DNA of 63,998 nucleotides, filler included, from Octopus bimaculoides (taxonomy: Eukaryota), in the NCBI RefSeq assembly GCF_001194135.2. It is 5 parts of 5 records of this genome, joined end to end, with 100 filler letters (N's around TTAATTAATTAA, not from the genome) between each part and the next. Parts side by side here need not be neighbours in the genome. Positions count along the whole stretch, not along the records: positions 30,618 to 39,879 come from NC_068983.1; positions 39,980 to 53,055 come from NC_069006.1; 3 more parts are not named here. One strand, written 5' to 3'. The position numbers and the translations under genes were made by a program. Below the pieces are notes generated by a model, which worked only from the letters and a program-made list of their open reading frames with translations, was not told the DNA's origin and searched no databases. Of this stretch, positions 39,001 through 53,111 are shown one piece after another. Numbering within the stretch: position 1 is the stretch's first letter; each line of letters begins with the position of its first letter.

Positions 39001-39711
39001 AAGTACTATAGAAGCTATTAGTACTGCTGTTGTGAGTTTATGCCATTGAGAAACTATCACAACTGTTTTTTTATGTGGTCACATTAATCGTGATAAAACA
39101 CCCGATAATCAGCAACACAAATCGTAGTATACAAGATCCGCACTATTACACATTTTGGTAGATGAAGTCAGTTTTCGACATTTGTGTTACACAAATGTTT
39201 TGCACTCCTAAAATGTTTCATCAATAATTGAAAACAAATTAGTTTTTGTTTGGGGGTTTTTTTTTGTATCTAAATTTTTTTTTAACCTTTAGTAATTATT
39301 ATTTAGTATTTTAAAATGTTTTATCTGTTTCGTCATTGATAACGAATAAGTTGTTTGAACGACTTTTAAAATTCAAACGAAAAGCTATTTAAACAAAACC
39401 AGTGACTCTTATAGCACAACGATTTTCGCATAAAATCACCAATGATCAAATATCATATTAACCGTCTCAGAGTCATAAAAATCAAAATATACTATTCAGC
39501 CACAAAATAGACTTCTAACACAATTTTAGGAGAAATGCGGGAAACATTAGCAAAATTCTTTTTACAATAAATACAAAAAATGAAATAAGTTGAAAATGAA
39601 AAAGAAAAGGGTGTTATATCAAAACGTTATGCTTACTAAACTCAACATCGATCGCATTCTGACCATTTGCTTCTACATGGGGTGCCACAATATCAATGAG
39701 TACTCTTAGCG

Positions 39712-39760
39712 CAGAGGTGTCCACATACGGCACACGGTCTGGATTCAGTCCTTTCACTAT
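39712..39760 (+). mobile_element. Possible hAT/Charlie-type terminus remnant
   Basis: cagaggtgtccacatacggcacacggtctggattcagtcc resembles the CAGGGGTGTCCAAACTACGGCCCGCGGGCCGGATCCGGCC end of Charlie-like MITEs. No partner end seen; a linker gap follows. Confidence 0.35.
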
Positions 39761-39923
39761 GCATAGTTCTACCCTCGGCGCAACTTCATGAAAAAAGAGT
39801 ATTTTTATCGAAAAATATCCTGTACTGTGTGTATGCGTGTGGGGGGTGTATATAACATATATATATATATATATATATANNNNNNNNNNNNNNNNNNNNN
39901 NNNNNNNNNNNNNNNNNNNNNNN

Positions 39924-39935
39924 TTAATTAATTAA
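39924..39935. other. Assembly linker TTAATTAATTAA
   Basis: 44 N on each side. Confidence 0.95.
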
Positions 39936-39979
39936 NNNNNNNNNNNNNNNNNNNNNNNNNNNNNNNNNNNNNNNNNNNN

Positions 39980-40026
<47 letters not shown>

Positions 40027-41092
40027 GAGAGTACATTATACTATTTATGTTAACTATGTTGGTATTATTCCAAATGCCCCGTGGAGAAATGTTTTACTCC
40101 GTAGGCATGTCAGTGTTTTTAATTCTCTGTTGATTGTTGTTATTCATATGGAGAACACGAGGAGAAGGAGGAGGAGGAGGTGGAGCAACAACAACAACTA
40201 AAAGCAACAAACTCTGTCACTCCACCGCCGACTTCATATACTTAGCTATTCGTCGATCAATTTTCTCCCCCCACCACATCCTCCCCCTCTTTCGCTTCTA
40301 ACAACAACAACGTGCTGTGATCAACTTCCTCTACCTGCATCTATGTGATATCCGCAATGGTGGATATCAACTGCAGAATTCACATTTTCATTGACATCCC
40401 TTCTTCTGTCTTCTACGATTTTCTTTTCTTTACTTTTATTTCTCTCTTTCATTCTCCTTTTCCTTCTTTTTCTTTCTTATCCTTCTTTCTTTTCTTATCT
40501 TTCCTTCTTCTTTCTTTCTTTCTTTCTGTCTTTCTTTCTTTCCGCCTTTATTTTCTTTCTCTTTTCCTTTCCTTTTGTTTCGTTAGTTTCTCATTTTCTT
40601 TTCTTTACTTTTATTTCTCTTTCATTCTCCTTTTCCTTTTTTTTCATTCTTATCCTTCTTTTATTTCCGATTAGTCTTACTTTCTTTTTCCTTACTTTCT
40701 TTTTCCTCCCCACCAACCTTTGTTTATATTCTTCTTTCTTCCTTTTTCCTTTCCTTTCGTCCCTTTTTCGTATTTCCTCCTACAACCACCACAACTACCA
40801 ACACTCCCACCACCACCACCACCGCTTTCCATCGGACCGATTCTCCTTTATTCTCATTAAAATAACATTACCCCGCTTCATTAATCAGAACCATCCGATC
40901 CCTTCGGTCTGTAAGTATGTCTGTCTCTCTGTCTGTTTATCTCTGGCCCGTTTCTCACCCTCCCTCTTCTTCTATATACATACAACATACATACATACAT
41001 ACATATACTAAGATACATATATATTAATATATCTAAATATATGCATGTATATATATATATGATATATGTATCTATACACATACACATATATA

Positions 41093-41134
<42 letters not shown>

Positions 41135-41374
41135 TGTATATATATATATGTCTGTGTGTGTGTGGTGGATATACGTATATATATATATATATATATATAT
41201 ACATACATACAGGTATGTTATGCGTGCATGTTTGCATATACGTGTGTATGTGTGTGTTTGTGATATATATGTAAGCATATATGTGTGTTTGCTGTATGTA
41301 TGTGCGTATGTATGCGTGGACGTTTCACTAGCAGACAATATAATTGCGATAAAGGGAGAAAAAGGGGAGAAATG

Positions 41375-41407
<33 letters not shown>

Positions 41408-41622
41408 CATAAGACTGAATGAGACGGAGAGAGAAAGAGAAAGGGACAGGAGGAGGATGCAGGTTGGAGGTTATGTCCCTTTACTGGTATCACCACAGCG
41501 TCACAGCACCCGCTCTTCATTCCCCGTCGAACCAACCAACCATTCATCCAACCAGCCACCCAACCAACCAACCAGCCTACTTTGCGAACCAACTACTCAT
41601 AGGAATCATTCCTATTTTATGT

Positions 41623-41658
<36 letters not shown>

Positions 41659-41935
41659 TATTTGTGTAAATTTAACCCCTAAAGGAATAATAATATCGTT
41701 AACGATTCTTAACGCTAAAACAACTATAAGTAAAAACAAATGTTAAAAAAATAAAAATAAAAGTAATTAAACAAAAAACACCCTAAAATAAAACCGGAAA
41801 TTATTTCTAAAGAACGATTGCAGATAAATGAAAATACATTTTTCTCACTGCATCAGTATAAAATATTTCAGGAAGTTGGCAAAAATTGTGTTCGTCCTCC
41901 AAACTTCCCCAATTCTCACCATCTCTCCCTTACTG

Positions 41936-41983
<48 letters not shown>

Positions 41984-43403
41984 CGCCTGTCTATCTACCT
42001 ACTTATCAGTGTTTACCTATCTATCTACCTATCTATCTACCTACGTCTGTCTACCTATCTACTCATCTGTGTTTATCTACCCATCTATCTATTTGTCTAT
42101 ACCTATATATGTCTGTCTGTCTGTCTATCTACTTATCTATTTATATATCTATCTATCTATCTACGTCTGCCTGCCTACCTACTTATGCGTCTATCTATCT
42201 ATNNNNNNNNNNNNNNNNNNNNNNNNNNNNNNNNNNNNNNNNNNNNNNNNNNNNNNNNNNNNNNNNNNNNNNNNNNNNNNNNNNNNNNNNNNNNNNNNNN
42301 NNNNNNNNNNNNNNNNNNNNNNNNNNNNNNNNNNNNNNNNNNNNNNNNNNNNNNNNNNNNNNNNNNNNNNNNNNNNNNNNNNNNNNNNNNNNNNNNNNNN
42401 NNNNNNNNNNNNNNNNNNNNNNNNNNNNNNNNNNNNNNNNNNNNNNNNNNNNNNNNNNNNNNNNNNNNNNNNNNNNNNNNNNNNNNNNNNNNNNNNNNNN
42501 NNNNNNNNNNNNNNNNNNNNNNNNNNNNNNNNNNNNNNNNNNNNNNNNNNNNNNNNNNNNNNNNNNNNNNNNNNNNNNNNNNNNNNNNNNNNNNNNNNNN
42601 NNNNNNNNNNNNNNNNNNNNNNATATATATATATATATATATATATATACATGATACATATATGTATATACACACTACATATGTGCGAACACATATGTAT
42701 GTATATATTGTATGTGTACGTATATGTGTGTGTATGTTTGTGTATGTGTTTGTGTCTGTGTGCATGTACAAACTAAAGAGAAAAAGAAAGATTTTGTGTG
42801 TTTACGTTTTGGCGAGAAAACGTTTATCTCAACGGCAGATAATGTTTGAGATCAACCGATAAGATAGTCTCTGGAAGGTAACCATTAAATAAAGCACCAG
42901 GACCGTGTACCACGTGTTACCCACAATGCATTGGGCTTGTGTTACTCGAGTTTATAATAACTTAAATCCCAAGAGTGATTATTGTACATACATACAGACA
43001 TGCATGCATTCATATATATATNNNNNNNNNNNNNNNNNNNNNNTATATATATTCTTAAATAAATACATACACACGATGCATATATATATATATATATATA
43101 TTCATTAATATACATATATATATACACACACACATATGTCCGTATATGTGAGGGAGAGGGGGTTGTGTGCGTTTGTGTGTTTGTATGTGTGTAAATGTAT
43201 GTGTATGTGAGCGGGTGTCTGTATGTGTATTATAGGTTTCCCTCCATTTTGTGTTGAATTTTCTTTACGATAAGAGAAAGATATGACAAAATCTGAGTAT
43301 TAATTACTTCAGAAGCTGTACCTCACTAAAACTGGTATCGTGAACAAAGATATGAGACAGACGCCATCTTTGAAATAAAAGAGCTTAAAGTACACATTAG
43401 TTT

Positions 43404-43451
<48 letters not shown>

Positions 43452-43502
43452 NNNNNNNNNNNNNNNNNNNNNNNNNNNNNNNNNNNNATATATGTATATG
43501 TG

Positions 43503-43588
<86 letters not shown>

Positions 43589-43600
43589 TCACGAGAAAGT

Positions 43601-43670
43601 TCTTCAAGGCGATACCTCAGCATGGTCGCAGTCTAGTGACTGAAACAAGTAAAAGATAAAAAGATAAAAA
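43601..43670 (+). mobile_element. SINE family B-type 3' tail
   Basis: ttcaaggcgatacctcagcatggtcgcagtctagtgactgaaacaagtaaaaga. Confidence 0.75.
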
Positions 43671-45023
43671 AAAGTGAACAAAACTGATGAAATCGTTTCA
43701 CTTTGTAATTTAACTGTTTTCTCGATGATAGAAAAATACTATCGCCTGTTCATATGTAAGACTAACGTGTAGAGCTAACTTAACATATGTAGGCATAGTT
43801 ACGTAGTTAAATACAAAGGAGATCCTTTGTTTTATTCCTAATGAAGTGAGACTAAATTCATAGGAATACAACTCTGCATTACTTATTTATTCCCACCGCA
43901 CATTGTATTGGTATTCTAGTAATAATTTATGATACAACTAATGTGTGTATTTAACTAGAGACCAATAAAAAAAGGACTTTCCTGTTCCACTGTCCCGTCG
44001 TCACACGCACACACACACTTGCATACGATACTGAATTAGGTGTTCCAAGCTCTGTCACACAATCTGTTAAAATTTACCGCCACGCTTCCTTCAATTGTCA
44101 CTCTATCGGCTTAACAATGAATGAAACATTAGATATGTGGGTGCGATTGGTTTGTCCGATCATAATTGATCCAAGGTTGCAAAACAACTCATACAAACAG
44201 ATAAACTAAGTGTTATTTCATCCAATCTTCAACACCCACACTAAGAACCTTCAGGCAGTTTTTGACAGCATCCCTGAAACGTTTCTTAGGTTTGTATCTC
44301 GAACGTTTACCACGTTGCAATTCCCCGTAAGATAACTGCTTAGATAACTTGTGTGTGTGTGTGTTTATCGTATAAATATAAGAATGTTGATAACGTGCTC
44401 ATAAAAGGATGTGTGTGCGTTATACATGTCTACACATAAGCGCTTAAGATAACATAGGGTGTGGGTTTGGGGATCTGAGGTGTATGGCCTTGTGTGAAAG
44501 TGTGTGTGTGTGATATGAGTCAGGACTAGTTTCTTTCTGCGTTAGTAAGGTTTTCTTCTATGCGTGCTGAGGATGAGAGGGTGTGCAGTTTCATGTTGGT
44601 CGGTATAAAGATGATAAAATGCGGAAGGTAAATTGAAGGTAGGAATTTCAGCAATAGGGCGTGAAAATTTGTAGAAAGAAGATGAGCTCTAGTTTCTTCT
44701 GAAAATGAGAAACTTGTTCGAATTTCCGTTTTCCTTTAACTCTTTACTGGATGACAAATTAAAAGACTATCTATTACACCATTCCCATCAACATTTGCTG
44801 CCTACTACAAAATAAGGCAACATCACCACTTTGATTATTCCAAAGCCAAGAAGGCCTTGAAGCATGAATAGACTTCAAAACGGTATTATTCCAAGTTAAA
44901 CATAAGGAACCAGTATGGAAATCTGAACAAATCTTTATTAAAACATTGCTTCAACTCTTCAGTATAACAGGTTTATGTATTTGATAGAAACGCTGGACTC
45001 TACATACATGCATGCATGCATGC

Positions 45024-45112
45024 AAGAAGAAGAAGAAGAAGAAGAAGAAGAAGAAGAAGAAGAAGAAGAAGAAGAAGAAGAAGAAGAAGAAGAAGAAGAA
45101 GAAGAAGAAGAA

Positions 45113-45165
<53 letters not shown>
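45024..45165. repeat. (GAA)n(GAT)n microsatellite
   Basis: Visible directly; source of the poly-E/D, poly-K/M and poly-F/I ORFs. Confidence 0.95.
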
Positions 45166-45166
<1 letters not shown>

Positions 45167-45428
45167 GATTGGGCAAGACTGTAGAGAGATAAAGAAACAC
45201 ATCCGCACAGACAACAGACACTCGATGGCTGACAATAGCCGGAAGATGGCTAAATAAATTAAAATAATATTCATGTGGACATGTCGACAAGTGACTGATG
45301 TTGGGATGAAGGAGAAGAGAAAAGATTAGCTGCTCGGGCGACATTACAAAAGAGCGGACGAGAAATGAATTGAAATTAATAAAAGAAAAAAAGAGACAGA
45401 AAAATGGGAGGGTAGAGAGAGGGGGAAT

Positions 45429-45474
<46 letters not shown>

Positions 45475-46295
45475 GCATGGGGTTGTTTCTTATTGTTTGG
45501 TGGAACATGTGTGAGTAATGTACGGTGTGTATAATGTAGTTGTGTGTATGTGTATATGTATGTTCATTTTGTGTGTGGGTGTGTGGGTGTGTGTGTGTGT
45601 GTGCTTGTGGTTATGTGTATGTATGTATACGTGTGCATATAGACACACGCATATATACATGCATGCATACATATGTATATGTGCATATTTCTACATCTAT
45701 TTCTCAATCTGCATATATGTGTGTGTGTGTGTATACACATGCACACACATGCAGACACACACAAACGCTCACATTTATATAAATACATAGATACATGCAT
45801 GTATTGTATATGTATAAGTATACATGTCTGTATGTATGTATGTATATGTCATTATTCAGTTTTTATTTCAAGATTTCTTGCCAATAGAGAAAGAGCCGGT
45901 TTCTAACCTAGATCCAAGGCTTCTTCATTGGAATTTCAACATCAACAACAGGGTATTTTTGTTTGTATGTATGTATGTATGTATGTATGTATGTGTGTGT
46001 GTGTCGTTTGCGTTTCACAATAGATATTTGTCTGACGCAGCCGATATCCGATAGAACAGAACAGAAACAGAACAAGGAGAGATTTCAACAAATTTCCACT
46101 GTCCTCCTACGATTAACGTTGCCGTATGTGCATTGATTGACAGGCCATCAATCAAACAACAGCCATAGAAAGCTAAGCAATTATAGGAAGGTCACTAAAA
46201 TCTGTCACTGGCAGAATTTTGGCCGGGCTATAAAAAAAATTTAACGAAGAAACCGCCATTATACACTCACACATACACATATATATACATATAGT

Positions 46296-46327
<32 letters not shown>

Positions 46328-46519
46328 GTTATTTGCATATATATGTGTGTGTATATGCATGTATATATCAATATGTGCGATTATGTATGTCTACATATAT
46401 GTATATACATACGTATGCAAACACTTATATATGTAAACACGTACACATATGCATGCAGTAATATTTATACATATATATATATATATATGTGTGTGTGTAC
46501 TGTAGATGTTTATCTTTAT

Positions 46520-46578
<59 letters not shown>

Positions 46579-46629
46579 AACCTTTTGGTTTGTTTCTTTA
46601 GATATAACTTATGGACGCTGTAGCAGACG

Positions 46630-46799
46630 ATATTCAGTCCATAGAAAATTAAAACTACTAAATGAAAGGAAAAAATTTGTCTACAGAAAATTAAGTCGCC
46701 AGAGAATGATGTCTGTAGAAGAAAATTAAGTCCGCAGAAAATGTTTTGCATAAAATTATGTCCACAGACAACAAAAAAAAAACAACAGCAACAACAACA

Positions 46800-46848
<49 letters not shown>

Positions 46849-47092
46849 GTAATAATANNNNNNNNNNNNNNNNNNNNNNNNNNNNNNNNNNNNNNNNNNN
46901 NNNNNNNNNNNNNNNNNNNNNNNNNNNNNNNNNNNNNNNNNNNNNNNNNNNNNNNNNNNNNNNNNNNNNNNNNNNNNNNNNNNNNNNNNNNNNNNNNNNN
47001 NNNNNNNNNNNNNNNNNNNNNNNNNNNNNNNNNNNNNNNNNNNNNNNNNNNNNNNNNNNNNNNNNNNNNNNNNNNNNNNNNNNNCAACAACA

Positions 47093-47141
<49 letters not shown>

Positions 47142-47147
47142 GTAATA

Positions 47148-47205
<58 letters not shown>

Positions 47206-47300
47206 ATAAAATAAGACAAAAGTCTAAGAAAATGAAAAAGAAAAAAGCGGATGATTGCGGAAAATTAAATCCGCAGAAAATGACTGCATGAGTAGAAAAT
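46630..47300. repeat. Repeat with internal gaaaattaagtccgcagaaa subunits, interrupted by (AAT)n and a gap
   Basis: The motif at 46721-46743 recurs at 47260-47282 with 1 mismatch, plus weaker copies at 46637-46700. Confidence 0.5.
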
Positions 47301-47304
47301 TAGA

Positions 47305-47435
47305 GTGATATAATAAGTACTAGGCTTTAAAAAAAGAATGTCTTGGGGTCGATTCGTTCGTCTAAAATTCGTCAAGGCGTGCCCCAGCATGGTCGCAGTC
47401 TAATGACCGCAACAAGCAAAAAATAAAAGATAAAA
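47305..47435 (+). mobile_element. SINE family B-type 3' part
   Basis: aataagtactaggctt..ggggtcgattcgttcg..ccccagcatggtcgcagtctaatgacc. Confidence 0.8.
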
Positions 47436-47539
47436 TCTGGTAAAGAAAAACTGGCCCAGGGATTATGAGGTTTAGAATAAAAGATTATAGGTATATTGTA
47501 AGTATAGTATGTCCTCTGGAGATTATCGTCTCGAGTCCT

Positions 47540-47718
47540 AGGATCCCTAAGGGCCAGTTACCCGATATCCATGGTGCATAGGTGACCGAGTTCATAACAG
47601 TTCCCCTTGCCAATTGTGTGGACTGGAGTAGCGTGATATGAAGTTCTCTGTACGAACTGAAACCACGACGGCAAGATTGCGTGTGCAACGCCCTAACTAC
47701 TAGGTCACGTGCCTTCAC
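47540..47718 (-). mobile_element. SINE family C (CORE-like), degenerate
   Basis: gtggactggagtagcgtga...ccctaactactaggtcacgtgccttcac. Confidence 0.65.
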
Positions 47719-48680
47719 AGGATGTTTGTAGAATGAATGACTATAAGGTTTTTCTGGAGTAAATTCGTAGAAGACTAAGAGTGCAGAAAGTCCGTCGGAA
47801 ATGAAGTCTGCAGGTAATTTAGCAGGCATGTAATTAAGTCTTCGGGAAAATTTGATCAGCGTATTAATTGGTTAGTTTTGATAATCAGCTGATAGAAAAA
47901 TAAAAGTAAAAAGAAATAAAAGCGTTGATGTGATCTAATTATCAAACAGATTAGTCTTCTTCGTTTTGAATAACATCTTCTGAAGTAGGAAGTGTCCAAG
48001 ATAAAAATATAGATCATCGAAGATAATTAATGTGGAGGACATTCACATGGATGATGGGGGGGGGGAGAAAAAGGCAAGAAACAATAAAAACAATAGTTGG
48101 GATAGTGTTAATACTTAAGGGATTTTTTTTAAAAATCTAATCAGAAATAATGGTATGGTGAAGAAAGGATTAATCTCGTTACTAGTGCGCCAAATACGTT
48201 GAAATCTATTATTAGACCGTCGCAGAAAAGTTCGAATTACTCAGAAACGTATCTGCAGTTGTCATTGGTTACTTGTCGAAACGTTTAAAAATATTATCAG
48301 TCTTTGAATAAAAGTTGTTTTTTCCTCAATCCCATATTTATTTCAAAGTAGTATCTTGGAACTCAGGTCGTCAGGTGAGTTTAACACTAAAGTTATATTT
48401 TGAAATATGTTTGGTAACAAAACAGGCTGACAACGGTGACAGGCTGACAACATCGAAAAGTGGACAGGAAAGACATTTGCAATGAACGTTATCACTCTAA
48501 ATAAGAGCCAAGAAAAGAACTTCTTTGCCGAGAAAATGATGCAGCCGAGCAATTACGGGGTCGTTAGACATGCTAGACATAGCAGTAAAGTCTTTCAAAT
48601 CTACTCAACCGTCTTTAAACAAAAGAGTATATCCATCGATACACTTCCTGAAAAGCAGAAGTTTGTAAAGTCTGGAACAG

Positions 48681-48836
48681 AATTACAAGTACAACTCATT
48701 TTTTGCCAGCTGACTGGACAGGGACAACGTGAAAAAAAGTGTATTGCTCAAGGACACAACACGCCACCTGGAGTCGAACTCACGACCTTATGGTCGTGAA
48801 CGGAATTCCGTTATCCACTAAGCCACACGCCTTCAC
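48681..48836 (-). mobile_element. SINE family C (tRNA head plus CORE-like domain)
   Basis: The reverse complement gives head gtgaaggcgtgtggcttagtgg, B-box gagttcgactcc and core tccttgagcaatacac...cagctggcaaaa. Confidence 0.85.
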
Positions 48837-48961
48837 TTCGTACATAAATGCAAATATGCACATACATACACACGGCTTACTAATAAGAAACAGGAGGAAA
48901 AGAGCTCTGTACTGTGGATAGAATCTAGATTATTATTATGTGAAGCCAGTCGCCAAAACAT

Positions 48962-49125
48962 GAGAATTTTGGCAGAAGCGTTACAGCTTAGTCAGTTTTT
49001 CCGGATCTTTACGTTCTGCGTTCAAATGCCACCGAAAGGATGAAACGACTTTGCGTTTCATCCTTTCGAGGCCGATAAAATAAGGTACCAGTCAAGTACT
49101 GCGGTCGATGAAATCGATTTGAGCC
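48962..49125 (+). mobile_element. SINE family A, degenerate
   Basis: tggcagaagcgtta..tacgttctgcgttcaaat..tttcatcctttcgaggccgataaaataaggtaccag. Confidence 0.8.
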
Positions 49126-49438
49126 CAGCCTTACAATTACTAAAATCTGAAAGAATTATTTTTACTACTATTACTAAGTATTATAGTATTACTACTATAA
49201 CAATACTAATCAGCGGTAGCCCTGTACCATCCTATGGCCCTCTACAAACACCAAGAGTGACTGGACGGTTTAACATTCAGTGCCTTGGCCATGGGACACA
49301 GCAAGGTGTTCTATCACAGGCCGAGCTCGAACCACCGACCTCCATGTTGATGCTATTTATTTGCTAATTGTTTCCTGACACTACTCTCGGCACGGCCTCC
49401 CTCCTATCTCTACAGTGGGCTGTATATGTATATGTATG

Positions 49439-49470
<32 letters not shown>

Positions 49471-49936
49471 CATGTATGTATGTATGTATATGTATGCATA
49501 TATATATATGTATGTGTATATATANNNNNNNNNNNNNNNNNNNNNNNNNNNNNNNNNNNNNNNNNNNNNNNNNNNNNNNNNNNNNNNNNNNNNNNNNNNN
49601 NNNNNNNNNNNNNNNNNNNNNNNNNNNNNNNNNNNNNNNNNNNNNNNNNNNNNNNNNNNNNNNNNNNNNNNNNNNNNNNNNNNNNNNNNNNNNNNNNNNN
49701 NNNNNNNNNNNATATATATATATATACATATATATATGCTTGTATGTATACGTTTGAAATTTGTTCGTGTAAGGACACGTGTACCCGTGAATGTGTGTGT
49801 ATGTGTGTATACATATTGGTGCATGCGCATGCGCAAGGTTTAAGCTATAATCACGACGGGAGGTGAGGGTGGGGTATATATATTTTAGTGTCACATTCTC
49901 TCTGAATGTAACTCTTTGTCTTTCCCTTGCTCTCAC

Positions 49937-49972
<36 letters not shown>

Positions 49973-50456
49973 TCTTTCTCTGTATTAGGTGCATACGTCT
50001 GTATATCATAGTGCCGTTTCTATAGGACTGTATAGTAGTTAAAAGTATGTGTGTGTGAGCATTAGCAACTGTATATGCGAGTATGCGTGAATGCAAATAC
50101 GTATTATATATGTATGTATGCATGTCTGTATGTATATTTGTATGCATGCATATGTGAATGTATGCATCTTAATATATGGGCATCTACGTGCATATATGTA
50201 TATGTATATATATACACACGCAGACATATACATATGAATGTGTGTATACCTGTGTATTTATGTATGCACGCATGTGTGTATGTATGCTTCTTTATGTAAC
50301 TGGTCGAAAGAGACAGACGAGTGCAGGATAAGATGCAGACGATAGTATATAAGGGTTAAAATGACTCAGTTGAAGTCAAAAGTCACGTGATTAAAATGTT
50401 TCGTCGGAACCAGCAGACCTCCAAAGCTGAGAACGAACTCTAACGAAATATTATGC

Positions 50457-50512
<56 letters not shown>

Positions 50513-50840
50513 CGATGACGGTGATGATGATAATCTTTTCTTCAATAAGCACTAGGCCTGAAATTTTGCTGGAGGGCAAATGCTCTCTCTAATAATCTCT
50601 ATTCACTACAAAAGTTCCAAGAGATACAATAAAAAGCAGAGCACGTTAAAAAGTGGATTTGCAAAGACGTATGGTGGTGTCATGGACAAAGTTATACGAA
50701 AACGAAGACAAGGATGAATGACGTAATACAATACAGAAGAGACGGAGTTAACAATAAGTAGAAATTAACACAGAAATGCTTGTTCAGAATAAATTAAAAT
50801 AAAGTATGACAAAACGCATGTTAAGTAAAAGAAGATAAAT

Positions 50841-51105
50841 GCCACTCCGTCGGTTTGGACGACGAATGTTCCAGTTGATCCGATCAACGGATCAGCCTTC
50901 TCATGAAATTAACGTGTAAGTGGCTGAGCACTCCACAGACATGTGTACCCCTCATGTAGTTCGCAGGGAGATTCAGCGTGATACAGGTACAATTCATTTT
51001 TGCCAGTTGGGTGGACTGGAGCAATGTGAAATAAAGTGTCTGGCTCAAAGGCATATCGTACCGCCGGGAATCGAACTCACGGTCTTACTTAACCACACGC
51101 CTTCA
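50841..51105 (-). mobile_element. SINE family C (CORE-like), near full length
   Basis: Head and core match 48681-48836; the tail is ctgatccgttgatcggatcaactggaac...cgacggagtggc. Confidence 0.85.
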
Positions 51106-51714
51106 AAAAAATATTTATGTAAATGTCTGCATCAAGGCTGTCGACTGCTTTGCTTATGTTTACCCTCTAAAATTCTTCTCTAATTCCTCGTTATATTGTT
51201 TGATTTTGCCAGTTAAATGAATGTCGGTTTTTTTCGATACAAAAGTTAAGTTTCCAGAACCCGCAGTGACAGTTATTTTGCGAATCCACGCCATCCCACA
51301 TTTATCCTCAGCGTCGCTCCGATCATCCACATCATGTCAATTAGTCAAATCCCAAATCTCAAGTGTTGAGAATAAAACGGATGCGTACTGACAAGGGATT
51401 ATTGGAAACATGCAAATGATTTTCAATGCCATTACGTCAAATGCAGTTATAGTGAATTAGGACTGAAGGAAATCGCAAATTACACTGCTAAAATTAACAA
51501 TGAATGTCAAACTTTCACGCCTAATTATAGCAGTCAAAGTAAAATTTATGACCGAATTCCTTCAGTGATTAACTAGCTCCGAAATTTCGCTGGCATTTTA
51601 AAAGTATTGCATACTAGTTGCCAGCATATTTCACAAAAACATCGTCGTTACAAAAGAAATCCTTCCTCATCCGCCTCCTGCAGACTTTTAGAGGTAACAA
51701 AAGTATGAGACAAG

Positions 51715-52885
51715 GTAGAGGATGTAAGATCTGCTCTCAGGAAGTCAAGTAAATGGAAGTCTCCAGGAAAGAGCATAAAATTCCTAACTTCTGGTTGAAT
51801 GCCTTCCCAGAGAGCCATGAACTGCTAACAAAACTTTACAACAATGTTTGCAACAACCTAGTATGATTCCCTCTCGGTTAATTAATGGTGTAACATTCCT
51901 ACTTCCAGAAATGAAGAAACAAACGAACCAAAAAATTATAGACCTATAACCTGCTTAACAACAATGTATAAAATACTAACATTTGTCTTGAGTGAATATA
52001 CCTATAGCCTTTTAATAGAAAGTGGCATATTCCCTAATGAGCGAAAAGGATGTAAACGTGGGTCCTATGGTTGAAAAGATTAGCTGCTCATTAATAAGAT
52101 GATCTTGGAAGATTGTCACAAACGGCACAAAGACTTGTCGATAGCCTGGATAGACTATAAAAATGCTTTTGATAGTCTACCACATAGCTGGATTAAGAAA
52201 TGTGTGGAAATGTATAAAATAGCACCTACTCTGCGAAACTTCTTGTCTGTAAGTATGAGATCATGGAGAACCACATTGACTTTGAACAGTGACAATGAAT
52301 CTCTTAATGCTAGAGATGTAAGCATTTCATGTGGCATTTTCTAGGGTGACTCTCTAACACCACTCCTCTTTTATCTAGCCTTAATACCTCTCTCGAAATT
52401 GCTCGATGATGTACAATACGGCTTGTTAAGAATATAAATAATCTCATTTACATGGATGATTTAAAGCTATTTGCAAAACAATGACCAACTCAAGGGCTTA
52501 CTAGCGATTGTTAAACAATTCAGTGATGAAATGAGGATGCAATCTGGTTTCGATAAATGTGCAAAAGCTACCTTTATCAAGATAAAAATGACAGAAACAT
52601 CCAATGTTAATCTTGACCAGCAGAATGTCATAAAGGAGTTAGAACCAGCGGAGAGCTACAAATACCCAGGAGTATTTAAAGGGTACGGAATCAAGCATTC
52701 AGTGAAGGAAAGGATGAAAAGAGAATGTTATCGCAGGGTAAGGGCAATACTCAAGACAGAGCTGAATGCAAGAAACAGAATCGAAGTGATCAATACTTCA
52801 GCAATACTGGTAGTGACTCAGTTTCAATATCATTAACTGGTCAATTACTTAAATATGTAATCTTGATAGAAAAATACGAAAATCG
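51715..52885 (+). mobile_element. R4/Dong-clade reverse transcriptase fragment (second lineage), decayed
   Basis: WKSPG..IPNFWLNAF, KNYRPITCLTTMYK, IAWIDYKNAFDSLPHSWI, GIF*GDSLTPLLF, IYMDDLKLFA, DKCAK, YKYPG, ILKTELNARN. Several stops and frameshifts. Confidence 0.9.
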
Positions 52886-52929
52886 TTGACAATGCATATT
52901 AATAATAATGATAATGATGATGATTATTA

Positions 52930-53055
52930 AATATTGGTCTCAGATTTTAGCTCAAGGCCAGCAATTGTAAAGTAAGAGGTTACTCGCTATCGTCCACTTC
53001 AGTACTTCACTGCTAGATCATTTTACCGACCACGGAGGGGGCGAAAGGCAAAGTT
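52930..53055 (-). mobile_element. SINE family A 3' half, degenerate, cut by a linker gap
   Basis: caaggccagcaatt..accgaccacggaggggcgaaaggcaaagtt. Confidence 0.65.
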
Positions 53056-53099
53056 NNNNNNNNNNNNNNNNNNNNNNNNNNNNNNNNNNNNNNNNNNNN

Positions 53100-53111
53100 T
53101 TAATTAATTAA
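53100..53111. other. Assembly linker TTAATTAATTAA
   Basis: 44 N on each side. Confidence 0.95.

Noticed and set aside
48349-48374. Plus-strand microexon candidate ending cag|gtgagt
   Set aside because: 23 or 26 nt, not frame-preserving, and no partner exons.
48482-48799. 105-aa ORF
   Set aside because: Its 3' third is SINE C sequence and the rest has no recognisable motif.
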